Origin: Candidatus Micrarchaeota archaeon
GTDB lineage: Archaea; B1Sed10-29; JAJSAI01
Direction of reading: 5' to 3'
DNA: 31,433 nt
Assembly (NCBI GenBank): GCA_964625085.1
Contig: CAZVAJ010000002.1
Coordinates: forward strand, 17,814 to 49,246
A program made the position numbers and the translations under genes. Below are positions 16,394 through 27,396 of this stretch, piece after piece (position 1 is the stretch's first letter; every line of letters begins with the position of its first letter). The notes beneath the pieces were generated by a model that saw only the letters and a program-made list of their open reading frames with translations, was not told where the DNA came from and ran no database searches.

Positions 16394-16410
16394 AGATAAT
16401 TTTATAATCT
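16394..16410. promoter_or_regulatory. AT-rich imperfect palindrome and shared TATA between divergent rbr and ogg
   Basis: AGATAATTTTATAATCT, with AGAT...ATCT arms around TTTATAA. Confidence 0.35.
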
Positions 16411-16422
16411 TTTTGCTGATTA

Positions 16423-17019
16423 ATGGTAAGCATGGTCAAGAGTATAAAAGAAGAGCTAAAAAAACGGACTGCAGAATTTTTTACTGAGAAGGATTGGAAA
16501 GGTCTATTCTCGGAACTGTGTTTCTGCGTGCTTACTGCTAACGGTAGCGCAGAAAAAGGGCTCGAAATACAGAAAGATCTTGGGCCAGCAGGTTTTCTTA
16601 AGCTTTCTGAGAAGGAGCTAGTAAAAGAGCTTAAGAAACATGGGTATCGATTCCCAAACACTCGCGCCAAGTACATCGTGGAAAACAGGGAAAAAGCACC
16701 TTTACTCCCGCAGGTGTACGACATGAATCCTAAAGAGGCAAGAGAATGGCTCGTGAAGAACTTCAAGGGAATAGGGTACAAGGAAGCGAGCCATTTCTTG
16801 AGAAATGTGGGCGTGTTTGATCTTGCCATTCTTGACAAGCATGTTCTCAGGTGGATGAAAAAGAACAAGCTTATTTCTGACATTCCTCGCTCTCTGAGTA
16901 AACAGCAGTATCTAGAAATAGAAAAGAAGTTTGTTAAAGAAGCAAAAGAGAAGGGCATGTCCCCTGGAATTTTTGACCTGGTTGTTTGGGCAGAGATGAC
17001 TGGAAAGGTTATGAAGTGA
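16423..17019 (+). CDS. ogg: 8-oxoguanine DNA glycosylase/AP lyase (OGG2 family)
   Basis: ELCFCVLTAN, HhH GIGYKEASHFLRNVG, AILDKH and the conserved C-terminal Lys (GKVMK). Confidence 0.93.
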   Translation: MVSMVKSIKEELKKRTAEFFTEKDWKGLFSELCFCVLTANGSAEKGLEIQKDLGPAGFLKLSEKELVKELKKHGYRFPNTRAKYIVENREKAPLLPQVYDMNPKEAREWLVKNFKGIGYKEASHFLRNVGVFDLAILDKHVLRWMKKNKLISDIPRSLSKQQYLEIEKKFVKEAKEKGMSPGIFDLVVWAEMTGKVMK

Positions 17020-17053
17020 CATTCTTAAAAACAGAAGGAGAGTAAAAAAGAAC

Positions 17054-17605
17054 ATGTCTTTCTTTTACAAGGGAGAGCTTGTACACATCTTTATTTCCAT
17101 ATTCACGATAAGCTTAGCGTTTTCCTTAGCATTCTTACAGGATTTTTTCTTAATCCTCTTGACAGTGGGTCTTGGGTTCTTTCTGCATGAGATGGGCCAC
17201 AAGTTTACTGCAATGGCTTATGGGGCTGTCGCGGTTTACCGTGCGTGGATGTGGGGGCTTGTAATGGCTGTCTTCCTCGCAGCCGCGACAGGAGGCAAGT
17301 TTGTTTTCGCAGCTCCAGGAGCTGTGTACATCTGGAAAGAGAACCTTACAAGAAAAGAGAATGGAATTATTTCGCTGGCCGGCCCTATGATGAACCTTGC
17401 GCTTGCAGGAGTGTTCTTTTTGCTTGTTCCTGTAATTCCTGTTATTGCATTAACAGGCTTGTACGTGAACGTGTTCCTTGCCCTCTTTAACCTGATTCCG
17501 GTTTACCCGTTGGACGGGTCAAAGGTGTGGGCTTACAATCCAGGACTGTGGGCTGCAGTGACAATCCCTGCTGGAATCATCTTTCTACAGTTACTGAGCC
17601 TGTGA
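17054..17605 (+). CDS. Site-2 protease (M50 family intramembrane Zn metalloprotease)
   Basis: HEMGH, FAAPGAV, ISLAGP..NL, FNLIP.YPLDGSK and multiple TM helices. Confidence 0.92.
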   Translation: MSFFYKGELVHIFISIFTISLAFSLAFLQDFFLILLTVGLGFFLHEMGHKFTAMAYGAVAVYRAWMWGLVMAVFLAAATGGKFVFAAPGAVYIWKENLTRKENGIISLAGPMMNLALAGVFFLLVPVIPVIALTGLYVNVFLALFNLIPVYPLDGSKVWAYNPGLWAAVTIPAGIIFLQLLSL

Positions 17606-17609
17606 AAAA

Positions 17610-19808
<2,199 letters not shown>

Positions 19809-19835
19809 TTAATGTTTTGTAACCAGAATATAAAC

Positions 19836-20471
19836 ATGGTGCCAACTGGCTGTCGTGGAATTGACTCCTTGCTTGGAGGAGGCATTCCTGAAGGAGTGAT
19901 AACCCAGGTTTATGGGGAGTCAGGGGCCGGAAAGACAAATTTTTGCCTGCAGACGATTAAATCAAATCCAAGCAAGCAGATTATTTTTGTGGATACTGAG
20001 TCATCTTTTCATCCCCGCAGGGTCGATCAGGTGATGTCAGGATTGGACAAAAAAATGCTGGATAACGTGAAAGTGTACCAGGTGACTGATTTTTCTGAAC
20101 AGACAGAGGTCTTGAGTAACTTGCCTGAATGCGATTTTGTGATAATAGATTCTATTTCCAGCTTGTATCGGCTTCAAAGGGCTGATGATGGGCTTGAAAG
20201 CACCAGGGTGCTGGGAAATCAGGTTGCCTCCCTCCTTGCGTTTGCAAGAAAACAGAATGTTCCTGTGCTGATCACTAACCAGGTTTACACTGATCCGCAC
20301 ACCGGATTGCTTGAGCCTGTTGGAGGAGACGTGCTCAGGTACGCGAGCAAGGTTATTGTTGAGCTTAAGCGCGAGGACGGTGCGTTGAGGCGCGCTGTTC
20401 TAAGGAAGCATTTTGCTAGGCAGGATGGGGCTAATGCTTTCTTCCGGATTGTTGAGTCTGGGCTTGTTTGA
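19836..20471 (+). CDS. radB: DNA repair and recombination protein RadB
   Basis: PTGC..ID.LLGGGI, GESGAGKT, FVDTE, IIDSISSLYR, ITNQVY and PVGGDVLRY. Lacks the RadA N-domain. ATG 19836 preferred over 19812. Confidence 0.9.
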   Translation: MVPTGCRGIDSLLGGGIPEGVITQVYGESGAGKTNFCLQTIKSNPSKQIIFVDTESSFHPRRVDQVMSGLDKKMLDNVKVYQVTDFSEQTEVLSNLPECDFVIIDSISSLYRLQRADDGLESTRVLGNQVASLLAFARKQNVPVLITNQVYTDPHTGLLEPVGGDVLRYASKVIVELKREDGALRRAVLRKHFARQDGANAFFRIVESGLV

Positions 20472-21237
20472 TTATCTTGCTCCCGCCGTTTGGGAGGATC
20501 TGCATTATCCAGTCCAAGTCCACTTTTGCGTCTGGGAATGTTCTTGTTAGTTCGGAAAGAACCTGTTTTGCTGAAGTATGTTTTGTTCCCGGACCAGGGG
20601 CTATTATTATTCCTTTTCCAGGTATTTCAGCAGGAGGACCTATGATAAGCTTGCTGTTCTGGTAGCTTACCTTCAGTTCCAGCAGCAGGTTCCGGAACCA
20701 TTGCCTTTCTCCGGTTATGACAAAAGCTCCTTTAGCCAGGTATTCTCCTGCTTTTGCAGCTGTCTTGACTTGTTCTGGTTTTACTATGAACGCGTCAGCC
20801 ACCTTTACTCCTGCGCCCCAAATTCGTGAGTAGCAGGCTGCGAATTGTGCTACTGATTTTTTTTCTTCCTCTGAAGCGCTCTGCCCGTCCTTGAAGATTG
20901 TGGCTGGCGCGCCGTGAACATCTGCGTGCGCGAATAGATCGTTTTTCTTAAGGTGCTTTCTCACAAGGTCTTGGTTGCTCCTAGCATCTTTTCCTGCAAG
21001 AACAAGCTTTCCTGACCTGGTGAAGAACCAGTGGTATTTCTCGTACCATTCCTTTTTTCGCATTATCTTTTTTTCCAGGACAGGTGTTTTTTTCTCAGGT
21101 CTTTTTGTGATCTTCTTTTCTGTTTCTTGAATAGCTTGTTCTAGTCGTTTTATTTTTTTCTTGTACTTCTTGCTTTTTTCGTAGTGGTCTGCTGCGTTCT
21201 CGTACACTGTTTTGCGCGGGTCTATTATCACTTTCAT
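20431..21237 (-). CDS. NFACT-R (DUF814) RNA-binding protein, C-terminal half of Rqc2/NEMF-like protein
   Basis: IDPRKTVYENAADHYEKSKK coiled coil, WYEKYHWF, LAGKDARSN, HADVHGA, AACYSRIW, EQVKT...GEYL.KGAF.I.G.R. Confidence 0.88.
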   Translation of the reverse strand: MKVIIDPRKTVYENAADHYEKSKKYKKKIKRLEQAIQETEKKITKRPEKKTPVLEKKIMRKKEWYEKYHWFFTRSGKLVLAGKDARSNQDLVRKHLKKNDLFAHADVHGAPATIFKDGQSASEEEKKSVAQFAACYSRIWGAGVKVADAFIVKPEQVKTAAKAGEYLAKGAFVITGERQWFRNLLLELKVSYQNSKLIIGPPAEIPGKGIIIAPGPGTKHTSAKQVLSELTRTFPDAKVDLDWIMQILPNGGSKIIKQAQTQQSGRKH

Positions 21238-21722
21238 TCTTCTAACGCCTTCTCAAACAATTTTACGATAGTGTCATCAATTCCAACAAGCAATACTGTC
21301 ATATCTTCATGGCCTGCTTGTTTTATTGCTTTCACCATCACTCTTGCTGCAAGAGCAGGTGGTATTCTGCCCACTCCGCAGCCCATGCACGGGAAAGCAA
21401 GTGTCTTAAGCCCAAGTTCTTTTGCCTTGAGTACAGCAGCTCTTGTGGCCAGGTAGATGTTGTCAGTGTTTGTTCTTTCAGCAGGGCGCTTCATGGTTGG
21501 CGCGTGTATCACGAATTTTGCGTGCAGCTTGCCTGCATTTGTGACCACGGCTTCTCCGATAGGAACAGGGCCGTGTTCCATTGCCCTGCTTTCTATCCAT
21601 TCGCCTCCGTGTCTTTTGATTTGCCCTGCTACTCCCCCTCCCATGATCATCCATGAGTTCGCAGGATTTACTATCGCATCCACTGATTGTTCGAGCAGGT
21701 TACCCTTTATCACTTTTATCAT
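21234..21722 (-). CDS. Macrodomain (ADP-ribose binding/hydrolase, AF1521-like)
   Basis: DAIVNPAN...GGGVAG, GEAVVTNAGKL, VIHAPTM and AFPCMGCGVG. ATG at 21722. Confidence 0.92.
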   Translation of the reverse strand: MIKVIKGNLLEQSVDAIVNPANSWMIMGGGVAGQIKRHGGEWIESRAMEHGPVPIGEAVVTNAGKLHAKFVIHAPTMKRPAERTNTDNIYLATRAAVLKAKELGLKTLAFPCMGCGVGRIPPALAARVMVKAIKQAGHEDMTVLLVGIDDTIVKLFEKALEE

Positions 21723-23736
21723 TCTTTTTCTTCCCCCAGTTCTTTTTGGTTTCGCAGTTGGGATCCAAGCACATTTCAAAGGCCCTTTTGCCCTTTCTTT
21801 TCACTTTAATAACAGGAGTGCCGCAGGACTCGCAGGTCTTGTTGAGAGGAGTTATCATCCCCTGTCGTGGAAGTGGGTATGTTTGAGTGCATCCGTTTTT
21901 GTAGTTGGAGCATCCTACGAAACGCGTGCCCTTTTTCATTCTGATCATTATTAGGTTTCCTCCACAAGAGGGACACTTGCCGAGAACATTATCCCTGGAA
22001 ACAGATTTCCTGAGTTCTGAGGATATTCCTTCCTTGTGTTTGGAAAGTTGTCCGAGTATTTTTGATAGTACGCTTCGTGACTCTGATACAACTTCCTCTT
22101 TTGTTTTTTTACCTTCTGCTATCCTGTCCATTTCTTTTTCTATAAACGCAGTTAGTTTTGGTGATGTGATATCTCCCCCGTGCTTCTGCAGTGTTTCAAT
22201 AACCGAAAACGCGACTTGTGACGGTTGGAATTTTTTCTTCCCGAACAGGTATCCTCTTTGTATTATCTTTCTTATTATGCCTGCGCGTGTTGATTTTGTT
22301 CCCAGGCCAAGATCTTCCATTGCTTTCAGAAGTGTTGCTGCGGAGTATCTTGGGCTGGGCTTTGTTTCATCTTTTTTTTTGTGCACTCCGAGCACGCGCA
22401 CTGTGTCCTCTTTTTCCAGAGGCGGCAGCAGTAGTTCTTTTACAGGAAGATAAGGATAGAATTCTCTCCAGCCCAGAGAAACAATTTTCTTTCCTTGGGC
22501 TTTAAATTCTTCACCGGCACATTCAATCTTCACGAGGGTATTCTCTGTTACGCTTTCTGGGGCAAGGGTTGCAAGAAACCGGTCAACTATCAGGGCGTAT
22601 ATCCTCCATTCTGGAGGAGAAAGGCTGCTTTTCTTTGCTGCTGAAACAGGGTGTATTGGAGGATGGTCTGTTGTTTTCTTTTTCCCCCTGCTTGGGGTTA
22701 TTTTTTCTTGAGAAAGTATTTTCTGCACCTTGTCAGCATACTCAGGGATTTTTGAAAGGGAAGACAGGATCTTGCGCAGGTTAATGCTCTTGGGGTAGAC
22801 TGTGTTGTCTGTTCTAGGATAAGAGATGTATCCTTCAGTGTACAGTTTTTCAGCTATGCTAAGCGCGCGGTCAGGAGAATAACCTAAATTTGCAGCAGCC
22901 CTAAGGAAATCATTAGTACTAAAAGGAGTGGGAGGTTGCTGTTTTGCTTTTTTTCTTGTCACTCCTGTTACTATTGCGTTTTTTTGGTCTTTTACTTTTG
23001 AGTACACTTGTTTTGCTTTTGCTTCGTCAAATATCTTCTGCATTTCTGCCTTGAATTCTACGCTGTCTTTTTCGCAGTCCAAGGTTATGTTCCAGAAAGG
23101 TTCTGGTTTGAATGCTTGTATTTCTTTTTCCCGGTCTACACAAAGCGCGAGAGTGGGGGATTGAACTCTTCCCACTGAAAGGAATGAGCTGCCCATTTTT
23201 CCTGATGCTATTGAAATGAACCTTGTCAGTGCCGCGCCCCACAGAAGGTCTATTTCTCTTCTTGCGTCTGCAGCGTCTGCAAGATCCTGGTTGAATTCTT
23301 CCAAGTTACTGAAAGCATGTTTTACCTCTTCTTCAGTGAGTGCAGAGAACTTTGCTCTTCTCACTTTTATGCTTGGGTTCACTTTTGTTATCAGACCCAG
23401 TGCTTCTTTTCCTATTGATTCCCCTTCCCTGTCGTAGTCGCATGCGATTATGACTTCATCTGCTTCTTTGGCGTATTTTTTTATCAGTCTTGAAAGTGTT
23501 TGACTGGAGTACTTGTATTCTACTGGTGCGTTAGCAAGTTTTGTTAGATCTACTTTAGTCCAGTTTGAGTACTCCTTTGGAAAATCAACGTTTGTTATGT
23601 GGCCTTTTAAGGGAATTATTAGGTAGTCACCGGAATAGAAGATTTTTATCTTGCCTTCTGTCTTCTGCTTTGCTCTGCCAAGAATGCTGGCTATCCTTTC
23701 TGCAGCAAGCGGTTTTTCCGCAATAACAAGTTTCAT
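21700..23736 (-). CDS. topA: DNA topoisomerase IA (archaeal TopA/Topo III type) with C-terminal Zn ribbons
   Basis: TOPRIM IAEKP and DYDREGE, SVGRVQSPTL, catalytic GYISYPRTD, GLGTKSTR and C4 ribbons. ATG at 23736. Confidence 0.96.
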   Translation of the reverse strand: MKLVIAEKPLAAERIASILGRAKQKTEGKIKIFYSGDYLIIPLKGHITNVDFPKEYSNWTKVDLTKLANAPVEYKYSSQTLSRLIKKYAKEADEVIIACDYDREGESIGKEALGLITKVNPSIKVRRAKFSALTEEEVKHAFSNLEEFNQDLADAADARREIDLLWGAALTRFISIASGKMGSSFLSVGRVQSPTLALCVDREKEIQAFKPEPFWNITLDCEKDSVEFKAEMQKIFDEAKAKQVYSKVKDQKNAIVTGVTRKKAKQQPPTPFSTNDFLRAAANLGYSPDRALSIAEKLYTEGYISYPRTDNTVYPKSINLRKILSSLSKIPEYADKVQKILSQEKITPSRGKKKTTDHPPIHPVSAAKKSSLSPPEWRIYALIVDRFLATLAPESVTENTLVKIECAGEEFKAQGKKIVSLGWREFYPYLPVKELLLPPLEKEDTVRVLGVHKKKDETKPSPRYSAATLLKAMEDLGLGTKSTRAGIIRKIIQRGYLFGKKKFQPSQVAFSVIETLQKHGGDITSPKLTAFIEKEMDRIAEGKKTKEEVVSESRSVLSKILGQLSKHKEGISSELRKSVSRDNVLGKCPSCGGNLIMIRMKKGTRFVGCSNYKNGCTQTYPLPRQGMITPLNKTCESCGTPVIKVKRKGKRAFEMCLDPNCETKKNWGKKKNDKSDKG

Positions 23737-24470
23737 CAAATCCCTGCCAGAGGATATCTTTTCAGGTAAAGTTCGCTGGCGTACATTTGGGTTAAGGGAA
23801 GAACAATCAATGAAACCAGCACGACTCCAACCATGTTCTGTTCAAAGACCAAAAACTGGCCCAGCACTGTTTCAGTCACGGCTACTAAAACCAGCAGTAC
23901 GGTACCTATAAGCAGGTACTCGAAGAGAATGAGTGGGTTTTTTGAAACAAAGTTCGCGGAATCTTTCAATGAAGTGATCAGGGGATAGTCTTCAAGGATA
24001 ATAACCTGGGGCACGAAAATGAAGAACACCCATGTAGCAAATAATAGTATTTGGGTTATTGCGCTTGGCAATGAAAGCAGACCAGCCACTGCGGATATCA
24101 GTACTGTTATGATCGTTAGAAGAATAAGGAAGAGGAATATTCTCATAGTGTAGTTAGGGAAAACGTTTAGGATTTTGGAAAATCCTGACTGGTCAAGCGT
24201 TTCCTTGAGCTTTGTTATGCTGACTATACTTGCTATGGCCACTGCGAACAAGGCTGTTGAAGCAAGAGAAACCGCTGCGAAGAACACTGCCTCTCCAAGA
24301 GTCATGTCAAGCCTGATACTGGAAAAGCGTATCATTCCAGCCCCTACAGCAAGATAGCTCGACAAGAACATCATCATAGAAAGGGAGAGTAGTGCAAAAA
24401 CGCTGAAAGAAAGGGTTATCTTGTACGTGTCCCGGTACATTCCGCATGCTTTTATGAATGATTCAAACAT
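23736..24470 (-). CDS. Hypothetical polytopic membrane protein (about 6 TM)
   Basis: Six hydrophobic segments; stop codon overlaps the topA start. Confidence 0.78.
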   Translation of the reverse strand: MFESFIKACGMYRDTYKITLSFSVFALLSLSMMMFLSSYLAVGAGMIRFSSIRLDMTLGEAVFFAAVSLASTALFAVAIASIVSITKLKETLDQSGFSKILNVFPNYTMRIFLFLILLTIITVLISAVAGLLSLPSAITQILLFATWVFFIFVPQVIILEDYPLITSLKDSANFVSKNPLILFEYLLIGTVLLVLVAVTETVLGQFLVFEQNMVGVVLVSLIVLPLTQMYASELYLKRYPLAGI

Positions 24471-24489
24471 GATTTTTCTTAGCTCTTTT

Positions 24490-25740
24490 TTAGTATAAAA
24501 CCTTTGCTTTTAGGTGCGCTGGGCCCGCGCCCGTAATAAGAGCATTAACCCAAGCTCTTGGCGTGACTGTTTTATCAAAGAAGACTGTTTTGTATGCTCT
24601 TGTTCGGCCTGTTTTGTCTGATAATGAAAGACATTCAAGCGTTTCTCCAACGAGTTTTTTGTTCCGAGCAAGGCTTATCCTTCTAACAAGCGTGGACAGT
24701 TTCCTGGACCTTTCTTTGATAACCTCTGTTTTTATTTTTTTCATTTTCTCTGCAGCAGTATTTGGTCTGGGATAAAACTTTGAAACGTTTGTCACGTCTG
24801 GTTCTGCAGTCTTAAGCAGGCTCAGTGTGTCAAGATAGTCCTTTTCAGTTTCTGTCGGAAACCCGACTATAACGTCCGTTGCTATTGTAATGCCCGGAAC
24901 ATTCTCCCTACAGTACTTGACTATGTTAAGGAAATCCTGCCGTGTGTAGAACCGGTTCATTTCCCTTAGTACTTTGTCTGATCCTGATTGGACCGGGACA
25001 TGAAGAAAGGAATAGACCTTTTGATTGTTCAGCGTCTTAGCAAGGTCTGGAAGCATTTTAAGAGCATGGTCTGGGTTCATCATCCCTATCCTGATAAGAT
25101 AGTCTCCCTCTGTTTCAAGCAGGTTTTTCACAAGTTTTGTTATGCTTGTTTTTATATCAAAACCGTAGCACCCTGTGTCCTGGGATGTTAAAAAGATTTC
25201 TTTTTTTCCTTCTAACACCATTTTTTCAAAAGCCTGCTTTATAATCTTTGGAGGATAACTGTAAAGGCTTCCTCTAGCGTTTTTGGTTCCGCAGTACGCA
25301 CACTTTCCGAGGCAGCCTTCTGAAATTGGGATTATTCCAGTAATACCTGGCTGGTCTCCCACAGGCACTATTGGCTTCTTTCCTGAAGTATACTTGACTA
25401 TCCTGCCCTGTGCTGTTTCTTTAACCGCGACCGCGATCCTGGAAAGTGAACGCGCGTTTACAATAGAAACAGGGTACCTTTCAAGCAGTTTTGGGTTAAC
25501 GTCAGGCAGGCAGCCTGCCACCACGACTCTTTTATTGTCCTGGAGAGCTTTTTTTATTCTGCTAATCATTCTTGACTCTGTAGGGTTCTTGACCGCGCAT
25601 GTGTTTATCACCACCACGCTGGCCTTGGAGTAGTCTGATATCGCAAAACCTGCCTTCTTCAGCTCTGAAAGGATGTAATATGTTTCTGCTTTGTTCAGAG
25701 AACACCCGTATCCTTCAACATGCACCTTGTACAAGCTCAT
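24490..25740 (-). CDS. mtaB: tRNA t6A37 methylthiotransferase (archaeal MtaB/CDKAL1-like radical SAM)
   Basis: UPF0004 Cys residues (GCSLN, NTCAV, GCLP), CLGKCAYC, SQDTGCYG.D, RIGMMNP, HVPVQSGSD and a short TRAM-like end. Confidence 0.9.
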   Translation of the reverse strand: MSLYKVHVEGYGCSLNKAETYYILSELKKAGFAISDYSKASVVVINTCAVKNPTESRMISRIKKALQDNKRVVVAGCLPDVNPKLLERYPVSIVNARSLSRIAVAVKETAQGRIVKYTSGKKPIVPVGDQPGITGIIPISEGCLGKCAYCGTKNARGSLYSYPPKIIKQAFEKMVLEGKKEIFLTSQDTGCYGFDIKTSITKLVKNLLETEGDYLIRIGMMNPDHALKMLPDLAKTLNNQKVYSFLHVPVQSGSDKVLREMNRFYTRQDFLNIVKYCRENVPGITIATDVIVGFPTETEKDYLDTLSLLKTAEPDVTNVSKFYPRPNTAAEKMKKIKTEVIKERSRKLSTLVRRISLARNKKLVGETLECLSLSDKTGRTRAYKTVFFDKTVTPRAWVNALITGAGPAHLKAKVLY

Positions 25741-26006
25741 TTTCTACCAACTATGAAAGAAGTTGCAATACCTCCCAATAGGAATAGGACAAGAAATCCG
25801 AGAAAAGGAGTCTTGGAAATGTCTATCCCTCCTTTAACCTGTGTGAACACACCTGCTCCCATGACCAGGTACATTAAGAGCGTGAACAGTACCACGAGAA
25901 GAGGAGAGTACTTTTTGCTGACGCCTTCTTTTATCATCAAGGGAGGGATAACAATGCCGAGAAGCAGGCCTGAAAAGTAGATCAGGTACTCCATTATCCA
26001 GATCAT
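25737..26006 (-). CDS. Small hypothetical membrane protein (3 TM)
   Basis: Three hydrophobic helices; ATGA overlap with mtaB. Confidence 0.72.
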   Translation of the reverse strand: MIWIMEYLIYFSGLLLGIVIPPLMIKEGVSKKYSPLLVVLFTLLMYLVMGAGVFTQVKGGIDISKTPFLGFLVLFLLGGIATSFIVGRK

Positions 26007-26010
26007 TTTT

Positions 26011-26355
26011 TCACTTCCTTTTCTTCAGCGGCTTGACCACAACCGCAGTACCGTAGGCAAACATTTCAGCCGTGCCAGGGATTATTTGGGACGTTGAACC
26101 TATTCTTGCTCCTATTACCGCGTTCGCGCCTAAGGCTCTGGCGTTCCGCACCATTCTTTTTATCACGTAACTTCTCGCGTCATTTATCATGTTGGTGTAC
26201 TCTTTGACTTCTCCTCCGACAAGGGTTCTTAGCATTGCTATGATATCTTTCCCGAAAAACTTTGACCTGACCGTGGTCCCCCACACAAGGCCTTTTACTT
26301 CAACTACTTTGTACCCTGGAACGTTTTCGGTTGTTACAACATGAACTGGCTCCAT
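26011..26355 (-). CDS. YbjQ/UPF0145 family protein (putative heavy-metal binding)
   Basis: VTTENVPGY, LVGGEVKEYT, ARALGANAVIG and AYGTAV. Confidence 0.92.
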   Translation of the reverse strand: MEPVHVVTTENVPGYKVVEVKGLVWGTTVRSKFFGKDIIAMLRTLVGGEVKEYTNMINDARSYVIKRMVRNARALGANAVIGARIGSTSQIIPGTAEMFAYGTAVVVKPLKKRK

Positions 26356-26380
26356 ATTCTTTCACCATAAAATTAAAAAG

Positions 26381-26402
26381 AGAAGCATATTTAAAGTTAT
26401 CA
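26381..26402 (+). promoter_or_regulatory. BRE/TATA-like element upstream of rfcS
   Basis: AGAAGCATATTTAAAGTTATCA followed by a GAGGAG SD and ATG 26421. Confidence 0.5.
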
Positions 26403-26420
26403 ATCGTGAGGAGAATTACA

Positions 26421-27383
26421 ATGGCAGATCAAGAACTTCCTTGGACCGAGAAGTACAGGCCTGACAAGCTTGAGGATGTTGTAGGACACAAACAGATAGT
26501 GGAAAGGCTTGAAACGTACGCAAAGAAAAAGAACATGCCGCACATGCTTTTTGCAGGGCCTGCTGGTGTCGGGAAAACTGTGTGCGCTGTCGCGCTTGGG
26601 AAAGAGCTTTTTGGAAAGAGTTTTAACCAGAATTTTCTTGAGCTTAATGCAAGTGATGAAAGAGGAATTGACATAATACGGGGAAAGATAAAGGACTTTG
26701 CAGCAGTTCTTCCTTACGGCGGTGCCAACTTTAAGATAATCTTCCTGGATGAAGCTGATTCTCTTACCAGGGACGCGCAGGCAGCGCTTAGGAGAACCAT
26801 GGAAAAGTTCACCAGGACTTGTAGGTTTATCCTGTCATGCAACTACTCCAGCAGGATAATAGACCCCATACAGTCAAGGAGCGCTGTTTTCAGGTTCAAG
26901 CCACTGTCTGAAGACGAGATAGTGCAAAGGCTGGAGTACATCGCGAAAAAAGAGCACTTGCATGTTTCCAAAAGCGCGTTTGATGCTCTTGTCAGGGTCT
27001 CTGAAGGGGACATGAGAAAAGCCATCAACTTCCTTCAAACAGCAAGCGCGCTTGACTCTAAGGTCAACGAAGACACTGTTTACAAAGTAGCTTCAAGAGC
27101 CAGACCTAAAGAAGTACAGGAAGTAATAGACACAGCTCTTAAAGGCGATTTCCTGAAAGCAAGAGAAAAGCTCTACGCTTTATTGTACGAGTACGGGATG
27201 TCTGGAGAAGATGTAATAAAACAACTGCATTCAAGGATAACTGGCATGGACCTTCCTGTAAGCAAAAAAGCTAAGCTGATCGACAGGATAGGGGAGTATT
27301 CTTTCAGAATGGTTGAAGGTGCTAATGAAAGAATACAATTAGAAGCACTAATAGCATGGCTTGTGCTAGAAGGAGCAAAATGA
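26421..27383 (+). CDS. rfcS: Replication factor C small subunit (no intein)
   Basis: PWTEKYRP, GPAGVGKT, LELNASDERGID, FLDEAD.LT.DAQ.ALRRTME and GDMRKAIN. GAGGAG SD before ATG 26421. Confidence 0.97.
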   Translation: MADQELPWTEKYRPDKLEDVVGHKQIVERLETYAKKKNMPHMLFAGPAGVGKTVCAVALGKELFGKSFNQNFLELNASDERGIDIIRGKIKDFAAVLPYGGANFKIIFLDEADSLTRDAQAALRRTMEKFTRTCRFILSCNYSSRIIDPIQSRSAVFRFKPLSEDEIVQRLEYIAKKEHLHVSKSAFDALVRVSEGDMRKAINFLQTASALDSKVNEDTVYKVASRARPKEVQEVIDTALKGDFLKAREKLYALLYEYGMSGEDVIKQLHSRITGMDLPVSKKAKLIDRIGEYSFRMVEGANERIQLEALIAWLVLEGAK

Positions 27384-27396
27384 AAAGAAAGGGGTT

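Noticed and set aside
16356..16958. 200 aa minus-strand ORF opposite ogg
   Set aside because: Antisense shadow; ogg carries all the family motifs.
21234..21722. Macrodomain as DarG or part of a defence system
   Set aside because: No DarT, sirtuin or other defence gene nearby; it resembles the housekeeping AF1521 type.
26331..26420. N-terminal extension of rfcS in the ORF track (also extended starts for pheT, radB and the macrodomain)
   Set aside because: Downstream ATGs with SD sequences or coupling match family N-termini, and the extensions overlap neighbours or promoters.
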